Shown here: piece by piece, positions 10,006-19,239 of the stretch
Numbering within the stretch: position 1 is the stretch's first letter
How the letters are laid out: each line of letters begins with the position of its first letter
Origin: an uncultured Cytophagales bacterium
Lineage (GTDB): Bacteria > Bacteroidota > Bacteroidia > Cytophagales > Hymenobacteraceae
Reading direction: 5' to 3'
Assembly (NCBI GenBank): GCA_963751205.1
Contig: CAVVTI010000001.1
Coordinates: 2,055,233-2,119,232 of the forward strand
DNA: 64,000 bases
Notes under the pieces: generated by a model
Told to the model about the DNA's origin: nothing
Databases searched by the model: none
The model's input: only the letters and a program-made list of their open reading frames with translations
Program-made: the position numbers and the translations under genes

Positions 10006-11841
10006 GTGAAAAGATTTCGATCGAACCATTTTTTAATTTTTATTTACTGGCTGCTCCTTTTTATTACCGGTAAGGTTGTTTTTTTGCTTTACCATTTTAA
10101 CCTTACTGCTAAACTCTCCGCTTCCGAAATTGCCAGGGTTTTCTTCTTCGGGCTCCGGCTCGATCTTTCATCGGCAGCCTACCTTTCGGTTCTGCCGTTT
10201 TTTTTATTGCTTATCACCCCTCCCCTGCCTTCAAAATTTACCCGGCTTTTGCTAAACGGTTATGTAGTCCTTTTTACAATTTTTATTGGGTTTCTGCAAA
10301 CTTTAGATCTTCATCTTTACCGGGTTTGGGGCTATAAACTGGATGCAACCCCGCTGCAATATTTAAACACTCCCGCCGAAATGGTTGCCTCTTCGGCAGC
10401 GGCTCCGGTTTTGTTACTGGCAATTTTGTTTCTGCTTCAGACCGGAATCTGTTTATTGATTTATTACCGCTATTTGCAGCCCGCTTTTTATAAAGTAAGA
10501 TCAGTTTTTGGGCATTTTACCCTAGCGTTTTTACTCCTTATTTTGCTTTTTTTACCCATGCGGGGCGGATGGCAGCAAATTCCCATAAACCAAAGCGACG
10601 TTTACTTTTCGGAAAAATTATTTGCTAACCATGCCGCCGTTAACGTTCCCTGGAACCTGATCTATTCCTTTACCAAAGCCGATATAAACGAGCCAAACCC
10701 CTACCAATACCTGCCGGCAGCCGAAGCGGAAACTACCATTTCGGAATTATATCAACCAGAGTCCGCAAAAACGGAAAAGATCATCAGTTCGAAAAAACCC
10801 AATATTTTATTTATAATTCTGGAAAGCTATACCGCGAAAATGGTAGGCAGCCTTAGCGAAGTAAAAGACGCCACCCCGGAACTGGATAAAATTGCCGCCG
10901 AAGGATTACTCTTTACCAATTTTTATGCCAATGCCGACCGCAGCGAAAAAGGACTGGTAGCATTATTGAGCGGTTTCCCGGCTCAGCCCACTTCTTCTAT
11001 AATTAAGATTCCCCGGAAAACGGAAAAACTTCCTCACCTGAGCCAGACCCTGAAAAAAGCGGGTTACCAGACAAGTTATTATTATGGCGGCGAACTGGCT
11101 TTTGCCAACATAAAATCATACCTGCTAACAGCTGGTTACGATAAACTAGTGGGCAAAGCCGATTTCCCGGCCCAGAACTACACTTCCAAATGGGGGGTGC
11201 ACGACCATATTTTACTTAAACGGGTGCAGCAGGATCTGGAAAAAACAACCGAACCATTTTTCAGTACGGTTTTCACCCTCAGCAGTCATGAACCTTACAC
11301 CGTTCCTATGGCTACAAAATTTCAGGGTGACGATGATGCCATTAAATTCAAGAACTCCGTTTTTTACACCGATAAAGCAATAGGTTCTTTTATAAGGAAA
11401 GCTAAAAGCCAGGTTTGGTGGAAAAATACCCTGGTGGTGCTGGTGGCAGATCACGGCCACACCCTGCCAAATTATGACCCCCAGGACGCACCATCCAAAT
11501 TCCGGATCCCACTTATTTTAACCGGGGGCGCCTTAAAGAAAGGTGCTTCCAAAGATTCAACAATCGGGTCCCAGACCGACCTGGCTTATTCAATCCTTAA
11601 ACAATTGCAATTACCAACCCAGGATTTTAAGTGGAGCAAAGACTTGTTTAACCCGGAAGAGAAACCCTTTGCTTTTTATGTTTTCAACGATGGCTTTGGG
11701 TTTGTAGGCGGTGCGGGGTCTTTCAGTTTCGATAATGTTTCAAAAAAAATAATCGGCCAGCAGGGCGTGGTTACTGAGGAAGATATTAAAAAAGCCAAAG
11801 CTTACATGCAGGTTTCTTTCGAAGATTATTTAAAGAAGTAA
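10006..11841 (+). CDS. LTA synthase family / sulfatase-like membrane protein
   Basis: N-terminal TM helices, RGGWQQIPIN, PNILFIILES, TLSSHEPY, VADHG. Confidence 0.88.
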   Translation: MKRFRSNHFLIFIYWLLLFITGKVVFLLYHFNLTAKLSASEIARVFFFGLRLDLSSAAYLSVLPFFLLLITPPLPSKFTRLLLNGYVVLFTIFIGFLQTLDLHLYRVWGYKLDATPLQYLNTPAEMVASSAAAPVLLLAILFLLQTGICLLIYYRYLQPAFYKVRSVFGHFTLAFLLLILLFLPMRGGWQQIPINQSDVYFSEKLFANHAAVNVPWNLIYSFTKADINEPNPYQYLPAAEAETTISELYQPESAKTEKIISSKKPNILFIILESYTAKMVGSLSEVKDATPELDKIAAEGLLFTNFYANADRSEKGLVALLSGFPAQPTSSIIKIPRKTEKLPHLSQTLKKAGYQTSYYYGGELAFANIKSYLLTAGYDKLVGKADFPAQNYTSKWGVHDHILLKRVQQDLEKTTEPFFSTVFTLSSHEPYTVPMATKFQGDDDAIKFKNSVFYTDKAIGSFIRKAKSQVWWKNTLVVLVADHGHTLPNYDPQDAPSKFRIPLILTGGALKKGASKDSTIGSQTDLAYSILKQLQLPTQDFKWSKDLFNPEEKPFAFYVFNDGFGFVGGAGSFSFDNVSKKIIGQQGVVTEEDIKKAKAYMQVSFEDYLKK

Positions 11842-11893
11842 ATGAGAATTTAAAATGCAGCTATTGCAACAAAAGAATTAACAAGCACAATAC

Positions 11894-12457
11894 CTATACA
11901 AGAAATAAAAAAAAGAAAAACAGAAATAAAACTATTAAGCCAAACGAATTATAATGTAAAAGAGTCTTTTCAATTTTTGTCTTATAAATTTCTTTATTTC
12001 TATTTACCACAACATATATTAAACCAAAAATTGCGATACCCACCCCGATTCCAAAGCCGGAAAAGTGGATAGAAGAACCATCAGAAAGGAAACCAGCTAC
12101 CATTATTATTAAAACCGGAGCCAGCGTTACCAATACAATTACCACCGCACAAATGGTTAAATATACCGAATTATTTGCAGTCGATTTATTATAAAAAATT
12201 CCTAAAAGCGCACAAGGTAAAGTTGAATGAATTGCCAGGGAAATAATTAAAAAGAATATTCCTGGTCCGGCGCCTACCATATCATTCTGATGGGCTGGTT
12301 TTTGCAAAGATTCAAGTAAAGCAACGATTTCCGGAATACTCTTGAAGGAAATTAAAATATTTGTAACAGTAATAACTAACCCAAAAATCCTTATAAGCTT
12401 TTCATCCGGAATTTCTGGTTTATCTATAATTTCTGGTTTATTGGTATTAGCGGCCAC
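11894..12457 (-). CDS. hypothetical membrane protein, AT-rich
   Basis: 187 aa with about 5 hydrophobic segments; GTG start. Confidence 0.6.
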   Translation of the reverse strand: MAANTNKPEIIDKPEIPDEKLIRIFGLVITVTNILISFKSIPEIVALLESLQKPAHQNDMVGAGPGIFFLIISLAIHSTLPCALLGIFYNKSTANNSVYLTICAVVIVLVTLAPVLIIMVAGFLSDGSSIHFSGFGIGVGIAIFGLIYVVVNRNKEIYKTKIEKTLLHYNSFGLIVLFLFFFFLFLV

Positions 12458-12556
12458 AAGGTTTTAACGTTAATTAACTGGTTGGTAAAATTCACAAACT
12501 AAAACCCTAGTTGTAATTGAAACCCAAACCCTTAAGCAATTAAATCATAAATTCCG

Positions 12557-12564
12557 TACCTTTG
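12557..12564 (+). promoter_or_regulatory. -7 element for mtaB
   Basis: TACCTTTG 7 nt before ATG. Confidence 0.65.
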
Positions 12565-12571
12565 CGGTCTT

Positions 12572-13899
12572 ATGAGTAAAAAAATTGCCTTTTATACCCT
12601 AGGCTGTAAGCTAAACTTTTCCGAAACTTCTTCCATTTCCCGGCTATTTACGGAGCGCGGGTTCCAAAAAGTCGATTTCCAGGAACCTGCCGATATCTAT
12701 ATAATAAATACCTGTTCGGTAACCGAAAATGCGGATAAGAAATGCCGGAAAGTAGTTAAAGAAGCCCTGAAACATTCTCCTGAAGCGTTCGTGGCCATTG
12801 TGGGCTGCTACGCCCAGTTAAAACCGCAGGAAATATCCGAAATTCCGGGGGTGGATGCGGTATTGGGAGCGGCGGAAAAATTTATGCTGGTAGACCTGCT
12901 GGAAGGTTTTGAGAAAAAAGACAAATCGCAGATCTTTCACAGCCCGGTTTCCGAAGCCAATACCTTTCATAATGCCTATTCTTTTGGCGACCGTACCCGT
13001 ACCTTTTTAAAAGTGCAGGATGGCTGCGATTATTCCTGCACCTTTTGCACCATTCCGCAGGCCCGCGGCAAAAGCCGTTCCGACACCATCGAAAATGTTG
13101 TTCGTTCGGCCCGGGAAATTGCGGAATCCGGGGTTAAAGAGATTGTACTAACGGGGGTGAATCTGGGCGATTTCGGGATCCAGGAAAATAAAGGCCGGGT
13201 AGAGAATTTTTACCAGCTGGCCGAGGCGCTGGATGACGTAGAAGGCATTGAACGTTTCCGCATTTCTTCCATAGAACCGAACTTGCTAACCGATGAGGTA
13301 ATTGAATTGGTGGCTAATTCCAAACGGTTCATGCCGCATTTTCATATTCCGTTGCAATCCGGTTCCGATAAAATTTTAAAAGTGCATGCGCCGCCGTTAT
13401 CTGCGGAATGTGTACGAAGACCGGGTTGCGAAAATCAAAGCCCTGATGCCGCATTGCTGCATTGGCGTAGATGTTATTGTAGGTTTTCCCGGCGAAACAG
13501 AACGAAGATTTCCTGGAAACCTATAATTTCCTGAACGAACTGGATATCAGTTACCTGCACGTTTTTCCGTATTCCGAACGCGCCAATACGCTGGCCGAAA
13601 ATATGCCGGGCGCTGTGCCGCAAAAAGAACGAAACCGCCGGGCGGATATGCTTCGTATTCTTTCCGAAAAGAAAAAGCGCTTCTTCTACGAACAGCACAT
13701 TGGGCTGGAAACAACCGTACTTTTCGAAGCTGATATTACCGACGGGTTCATGGAAGGATTTACCGAAAATTACATCCGGGTGGCAGTTAAGTACGATCCG
13801 ATTCTGGTAAATGAAACCAAACACGTTCGGCTAACCGGTTTAAATACTTTGGGTTTGATGGAAGTGGAGGAAACAGAAATAGAAATGCTGAAGCATTGA
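12572..13899 (+). CDS. mtaB: tRNA t6A37 methylthiotransferase; indels near 13385 and 13500
   Basis: TLGCKLNFSE, radical SAM motif KVQDGCDYSCTFC, RFRISSIEP, GFTENY. Confidence 0.9.
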
Positions 13900-14114
13900 T
13901 TTCGTTGTTGGTTGTTGGTTGTTCGGATTCCAATAATGGAAATAAAAACCTTCCACTTCGATTAAATTTAAATTAAAGGCAGCTGAAATTACCGGCTGCT
14001 TTTTTATTGCCGGTTAATTACAAAACGTCCGTAACTTTAACAGTTAAATCTTTGTACCAACAACCAACAACCAACAACCAACAACCAACAACCAACAATC
14101 AACAACCAACGAAA
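13900..14114. repeat. inverted heptamer arrays bracketing the mtaB-hutG intergenic region
   Basis: (GTTGTTG)x3 at 13904-13924 and (CCAACAA)x8 at 14057-14112; outer ends tttcgttg and caacgaaa are complementary. Confidence 0.85.
13975..14005 (+). terminator. intrinsic terminator after mtaB
   Basis: aaaggcagc...gctgctttttt. Confidence 0.55.
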
Positions 14115-14969
14115 ATGGAAAAACATTGGAGTTTAATTGGCCTTCCTGACGATACCGGCGTAATAAATGTAAAAGGCCGCCCTGGTGCAGGAAACGGACC
14201 GGCAGTTTTCAGAACATTCTTTGATAAGCTAAAGGGTAACCCGGCGGTTAAACATTTTATGAAGGATTGTGGCGATATAAACATTCAATTAACTATAGAA
14301 GGAACCCACCACCGCGCAGCTGAATGCATTGCCGATGCCCGGCTTAAAAGCTTTTTTTCTATAATTGTAGGCGGCGGCCACGACCTGGTTTTTCCGCATT
14401 TGTGCGCCTACAAAAATGGCCGTGATTCTGGCCGCAAACTGGGTTGTATTAATATTGACGTGCACCTGGACCTGCGTTCGGATGAACCGGTAATTACCAG
14501 CGGTTCACCATTTTACATGGCGCTTAAACGGGGGATTCTGGAAGGCGAAAATTTCGTGGAATTCGGGATCCAGGAATATGCCAATGCCGAAGAATTATTT
14601 GCTTTTGCGGAAGAGAAAAAAGTCAATATCGTAAAGTTCGATGACCTGCGGAATGGCAAAGCAGTTAGCAGTTTTCAGAAAACGCTGGCCTATTTGAGCG
14701 AACGGACCGATGAGATTGTAATAAGCCTGGACCTGGATGCCTTTCAGGCAGCTTTTGCGCCAGGCGTTTCGGCGCCGGCGCCGGAAGGATTTATGCCTTC
14801 GGAAGTAATAGAAATGTTACTGATCGCGGCCCGGAATGAAAAGGTAACTTCTTTGGGTATCTATGAACTGAATCCGGACCTGGATATAGATAACCGGACC
14901 GCCAGGCTGGCGGCCGTTTGTGCTTACCAGTTTGCCAGCGAAAAATTAAAGAACCATATTTTACTGTAA
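14115..14969 (+). CDS. hutG: formimidoylglutamase (arginase family)
   Basis: GRPGA.NGP, GGGHD, INIDVHLDLR, SGSPF, SLDLD, PGVSAP, ELNP..D; start placed after the repeat. Confidence 0.85.
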   Translation: MEKHWSLIGLPDDTGVINVKGRPGAGNGPAVFRTFFDKLKGNPAVKHFMKDCGDINIQLTIEGTHHRAAECIADARLKSFFSIIVGGGHDLVFPHLCAYKNGRDSGRKLGCINIDVHLDLRSDEPVITSGSPFYMALKRGILEGENFVEFGIQEYANAEELFAFAEEKKVNIVKFDDLRNGKAVSSFQKTLAYLSERTDEIVISLDLDAFQAAFAPGVSAPAPEGFMPSEVIEMLLIAARNEKVTSLGIYELNPDLDIDNRTARLAAVCAYQFASEKLKNHILL

Positions 14970-15018
14970 ATGCAGCGGCATTTTCCGGAATTACTTTTTA
15001 CCGGAAAATCAACTTGAA

Positions 15019-15041
15019 AACTTCCTGCCTGTAGCTGCGTT
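15019..15041 (+). promoter_or_regulatory. putative ECF-sigma promoter AAC-N16-CGT
   Basis: AAC 15019-21 and CGTT 15038-41 upstream of the 15076 gene. Confidence 0.4.
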
Positions 15042-15075
15042 TATTAAACAAATTTAAAACTCAAACAATATTTTT

Positions 15076-15351
15076 ATGGCAAATAATGCGCAATTCTCCG
15101 GTATTTCGCCGGAAGTTTATAATTCGTTAAAAAGTAAGTTAGCCGGTTTTGGAATAGACCTGAAAGGGAATATGGGTAAGGTAAAGGAAAAAGGGGTTTC
15201 GGCAGAGTATAATTTTGATGAAGCAAACCAGACCCTGGCCATTAACAATGTGGATGTTAGTTTTCCGGCCAGCATGATGTTCAGCTCCGATAAAATTATC
15301 GGGATGATATCGGATGCAGTTACGGAAGCCGGCGGCCAAAAAGTTAGCTGA
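15076..15351 (+). CDS. small hypothetical protein
   Basis: 91 aa, A-rich leader, natural-looking composition. Confidence 0.7.
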   Translation: MANNAQFSGISPEVYNSLKSKLAGFGIDLKGNMGKVKEKGVSAEYNFDEANQTLAINNVDVSFPASMMFSSDKIIGMISDAVTEAGGQKVS

Positions 15352-15373
15352 AATTCTTCTTTAAAATAAGTAT

Positions 15374-15396
15374 AACACCTAAAGCAGCGTTGCGTA
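15374..15396 (+). promoter_or_regulatory. putative ECF-sigma promoter AAC-N16-CGTA
   Basis: AAC 15374-76 and CGTA 15393-96 upstream of the 15458 gene. Confidence 0.4.
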
Positions 15397-15457
15397 TAAA
15401 AGCCAACTGTTAAAAGACAGATCGTATCTAACCTCACTAATTCAACCCCATAAAACT

Positions 15458-15703
15458 ATGGCAAAAGGAATGCAAACCAATTTTAAAATAGAACCGGAAG
15501 ACATTTCAAGAGTATTTCAGAACGGATTACATGTGGTGCAGGGTCACCATGAAGTGTTACCTGAACTGCTTTCGGATGCCGGTAATCTTTTAATGAAAGC
15601 CAGCAAAAAATTAAGTACCACCCAACTGATCTTAATCGTAACCGGTGTGGCTATAGCTACCATTTTTGTAGCCAAAAAAATAGAAGAAGAAATAGAAGAC
15701 TAA
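15458..15703 (+). CDS. small hypothetical protein with C-terminal TM anchor
   Basis: 81 aa; LILIVTGVAIATIFVA hydrophobic tail; followed by terminator. Confidence 0.7.
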   Translation: MAKGMQTNFKIEPEDISRVFQNGLHVVQGHHEVLPELLSDAGNLLMKASKKLSTTQLILIVTGVAIATIFVAKKIEEEIED

Positions 15704-15725
15704 TTGCCTTCCAAAATATTAATCT

Positions 15726-15761
15726 AAAACCCGACGTTGTTTAACAGCGCCGGGTTTTTTT
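15726..15761 (+). terminator. intrinsic terminator
   Basis: aaaacccgacgttgtt-taacagcgccgggttttttt. Confidence 0.7.
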
Positions 15762-15846
15762 ATTAAAAATGCTACCGTTTTTCTGAAACTATTTTTGGGC
15801 ATTACGTTTGCAATTCGAAAATTAACCATCCTCAAATTATTATTTT

Positions 15847-16572
15847 ATGAAACTTACTCCCATCTTTTTTGCCCTTCTATTTTCAGGGTTTACTTCCTGC
15901 GCGCAGTCGCAACCTCCTGCCAATCTGCCTCCTTTGGTAAATGTTTCCGGCATCGGCGAAATTAAAGTTGCTCCCGACGAAATCATGCTGAACCTTGCCG
16001 TAGAGATCCGGGATAAAAGCCTGGATGTGGCCCGCAAACAGAACGATCAAAAAGTAGCTTCAATTCTGGCTTATTTAAAAAAATACGGCGTGGAGCCAAA
16101 GCACGTGCAAACTGCTTTTATGAATGTGCAACCGGTATATAACCATCAGGATTACAGCCAGGCCTCTCCTACTTTTTACATCGCCCAGAAATCCATTACC
16201 GTATTAATTAAAAAAGTAGATAAGTTCGACGAAATACTTTCGGGCATTTTTACAGCCGGCGCTAACCGGGTGGATGGGATCGAATTCCGGACTTCGGAAC
16301 TGAAAAAATACCGCGACCAGGCCCGGGTATTGGCTATAAAAGCAGCCAAAGAAAAAGCCATTTTATTAACTACCGAATTAGGAACTAAAGTAGGCCGGGT
16401 TTACGCTATAAATGAAAATTCTGGTATGGGCCAGCCTATTCCCTACCGCGGCGTTTACAACCAAATGGCCGAAAGAGCTTCTGCCGCAGACGGCGCTTCG
16501 GGTCCAACCATTTCCGGCGGCCAGATCACGATAACTTCTACGGTAGAAGCCAGCTTTGTAATTGAAAATTAA
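15847..16572 (+). CDS. SIMPL domain (DUF541/YggE-like) exported protein
   Basis: signal peptide; VNVSGIGEIKVAPD, GANRVDGIEF, AIKAAKEKA. Confidence 0.88.
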   Translation: MKLTPIFFALLFSGFTSCAQSQPPANLPPLVNVSGIGEIKVAPDEIMLNLAVEIRDKSLDVARKQNDQKVASILAYLKKYGVEPKHVQTAFMNVQPVYNHQDYSQASPTFYIAQKSITVLIKKVDKFDEILSGIFTAGANRVDGIEFRTSELKKYRDQARVLAIKAAKEKAILLTTELGTKVGRVYAINENSGMGQPIPYRGVYNQMAERASAADGASGPTISGGQITITSTVEASFVIEN

Positions 16573-16653
16573 AGCGCTAATGAATTTAATAACCGGTAGT
16601 ATATTCTGCTTTTTAGTCTTCACCGGAAAAAATTTTAAATCGAATAAAGCCTG

Positions 16654-16699
16654 AAACAAAAGAGCAGTCTTTCTTATTGGGAAGGCTGCTCTTTTGTTT
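16654..16699. terminator. bidirectional terminator
   Basis: aaacaaaagagcagtcttt...gaaggctgctcttttgttt between convergent genes. Confidence 0.8.
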
Positions 16700-16713
16700 T
16701 AATTAATCTGCTG

Positions 16714-17706
16714 TCAGGCCGGAATTTCCCAGGTTTCCAGGGACCGGAATTTTCCTTCAGCATCCAGTAAAAAGCTTATCGGGTTTTCCGGATCACTCAG
16801 GATCTGGTGCCGGGAAAGCTGCCAGGGTTGCCAGAATTTTTCCAGCGCAGTGGCATAAACGTCGTTTTCCCATGGGTTAAAAATTGAAGCCGTTATGTCA
16901 TCTACCAGGGTATCATAAACCAGATGCGTGTCGCCGGGCTTGCCTTTCCGCACAAAATAATCGGGAATTAAATTGAATAAATAAGCTGCATAATAAACCC
17001 TGGCCGAAAACTCAGCCGCCTGGATGGGATGTAAGGTCTTTCCTTCTATTTCGCGCCAGACCGGGGTCAATGCTTTCCGGATAATACCATTATCCAGCAG
17101 ACAGGCTACAAGTAGTACATCTTCCAGCTGCAGGCTGAACATCATGGTGGTCAGGTCGTCGCGGTAGCTGAATGCGGGCTGGTTTTCTCCGGCTTTAACC
17201 GGTAAAATAAAAATGGAGCAGGGCGTAAAATCGTCGAAGTCAATGGGCACCCGGAGAGCTTGCAACAGCTGGTAAAACGACTGGAATTTATGCAGCATTT
17301 TCGGGTTTTCGCCCACGGTATGCTCCGGTTTTATCAGTGGATTTGCCTCTCTTTTTAGCTCCGTTACCAGAATGCCATAAAAGATCTTTGCCAGCCAAAG
17401 GAATAAGGTGATTTCTTCTAATTGCTGCCAACCAGTTAGACCTTTTTCCGCGGAAGCCTGAATATTTGCTTCTAATCTTTCTGTTATTTTATTACAGGTT
17501 GGGCAGCAGGGTATTTGTAATTCCTGATACGTAATAGTGCTCTGATCCAATAACAGCAGGTTTTTACCGGCCAGATCATACCGTTTTTGGAGCCAATCCG
17601 GGAAAACGGTAATCTGTTCCTGGTCAGATACGATGGTACCGCATAAAAAACAGGCATGCCTGCTAAAGGTCATGCTTTTAAAAGGATCGTAAAGCCTAAA
17701 ATCCAT
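16714..17706 (-). CDS. hypothetical protein with degenerate HNH-like Zn-binding N-terminus
   Basis: CFLCG...VFPDWL...CCPTCN; ATG at 17706 follows TACCTTTG at 17731-17738. Confidence 0.7.
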   Translation of the reverse strand: MDFRLYDPFKSMTFSRHACFLCGTIVSDQEQITVFPDWLQKRYDLAGKNLLLLDQSTITYQELQIPCCPTCNKITERLEANIQASAEKGLTGWQQLEEITLFLWLAKIFYGILVTELKREANPLIKPEHTVGENPKMLHKFQSFYQLLQALRVPIDFDDFTPCSIFILPVKAGENQPAFSYRDDLTTMMFSLQLEDVLLVACLLDNGIIRKALTPVWREIEGKTLHPIQAAEFSARVYYAAYLFNLIPDYFVRKGKPGDTHLVYDTLVDDITASIFNPWENDVYATALEKFWQPWQLSRHQILSDPENPISFLLDAEGKFRSLETWEIPA

Positions 17707-17782
17707 GGAAATAACTTGTAAATGTAGCGGCAAAGGTACCAGGCAAAATCTTCAACCAAAAATTTTTATGAAATCACGATAA

Positions 17783-17824
17783 CCTGGCACTTATTAGAAC
17801 CTGCCTGGCACTTATTAGAACCTG
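17783..17824. repeat. perfect 21-bp tandem duplication
   Basis: cctggcacttattagaacctg x2. Confidence 0.9.
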
Positions 17825-17857
17825 TTTTCGAAAGTAAACAGGCAGATCATAAGGTTC

Positions 17858-19090
17858 TTATTCGTACCGGAGTGATTCGATAGGATCTAATTTTGAAGCT
17901 TTAAACGCCGGATACCAGCCGGAAAGTAAGCCAACGCCAACGCAGATTGTGAGCCCTAAAGAGATCCACAGCCAGGGTACCATAAACCCACCCGCTCCTA
18001 TTAAGCTGGAAACCGAATTACCCATTAAAACGCCCAAAAATACGCCCAACAAACCCCCTAAGAAACAAATTACAATAGCTTCTATCAGGAATTGCTGCCG
18101 GATCTGAAGGGCGGTAGCGCCTAAAGCTTTCCGGATGCCTATTTCCCGGGTGCGTTCCGTTACCGAAACCATCATGATATTCATTAAACCGATGGAAGCG
18201 CCCAGCAACGTAATAAAACCAACCAAAAACCCGCCAACTTTTAAATACCCGGTTACATCGCTCAGCGATTTTAAAACCGAATCGCTGCGGGTTATTTCAA
18301 ATGAGTTTTCCTTACCGGGTTTATCCTGGCGCACGTTCCGCATAATGCCTGTAGCTTCCCCCATCATGTACATCATATTTTCCGCTTTGGGAACGGTGGT
18401 TTTAATATTATAGGTAAGGTCCCGGTTGCGGGGCAAAAGATTGGCGGTTTGCAACGGAATTATTACGGCCCGGTCGCTTCCCCGGCCGCCCATGGAGGAA
18501 CCACTTTTTTCCAGTATCCCTATAATCTTAAAATGCTTGCCTAAAAAAGATATTTTCTCCGAAACCGGATTCTGGTTTTTGAAAAGATTGTCTTTTAATT
18601 CACTGCCGATAATGGCTACATTACTACCTTGTTCCAGTTCAAAATTAGAGAATTGCCGGCCGGCTGCCAGGTTGTAATTTTCGTTTGCCAGGTAATGTTC
18701 GTCGGCGCCAATAATCCGGATGTTGGGGTTGGTTTTGGCTTTTTCGCTTTTAACGGTTATGGCTCCGCCAATGGAGGTGGAAAGGCTCACCCGCACGGCA
18801 TCTCCGGAAATGCGCTGGTATTGCCGGGCCTGGAAATACGTAATGGGCGGGTTGTTCTTTTCCATTTGGCCCTGCCGGCGGCCCTGATTGCTTTCCACCC
18901 TGATATCGAAGGAGTTGGCGCCCAGCGAAGAAAAAGTATCGCTGATGGAATACTGAATGCCGTCCACTGCCGTTAAAATTCCAACCAGCGACATTATACC
19001 AATGGCAACTATCAGCGCCGTAAGTATGGTGCGGAGCAGGTTGCCTTTAATGGCCCGCAACCCTTCCTTTATATTTTCTAATAAATGCAT
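17858..19090 (-). CDS. ABC transporter permease, MacB/FtsX family
   Basis: LRTILTALIVAIGI, MNIMMVSVTERTREIGIRKALGA, ASKLDPIESLRYE. Confidence 0.92.
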   Translation of the reverse strand: MHLLENIKEGLRAIKGNLLRTILTALIVAIGIMSLVGILTAVDGIQYSISDTFSSLGANSFDIRVESNQGRRQGQMEKNNPPITYFQARQYQRISGDAVRVSLSTSIGGAITVKSEKAKTNPNIRIIGADEHYLANENYNLAAGRQFSNFELEQGSNVAIIGSELKDNLFKNQNPVSEKISFLGKHFKIIGILEKSGSSMGGRGSDRAVIIPLQTANLLPRNRDLTYNIKTTVPKAENMMYMMGEATGIMRNVRQDKPGKENSFEITRSDSVLKSLSDVTGYLKVGGFLVGFITLLGASIGLMNIMMVSVTERTREIGIRKALGATALQIRQQFLIEAIVICFLGGLLGVFLGVLMGNSVSSLIGAGGFMVPWLWISLGLTICVGVGLLSGWYPAFKASKLDPIESLRYE

Positions 19091-19239
19091 GGCTGGAATT
19101 ATTTAAACGCAATATACGCTCAATTTACTTTTTACCGTTAAAAGAATACCGTTTTGGTGTAAAATATGCAATGCATTGTCCGGACATTCCGGCCCAAATT
19201 TCGTAGTTTTGTTTAGTACCCGGTATTTGATCTTCGCTA

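Noticed and set aside
14007-14114. QQPTTNN-repeat N-terminal extension of HutG
   Set aside because: Translation of the heptamer array from a TTG; homology begins at ATG 14115.
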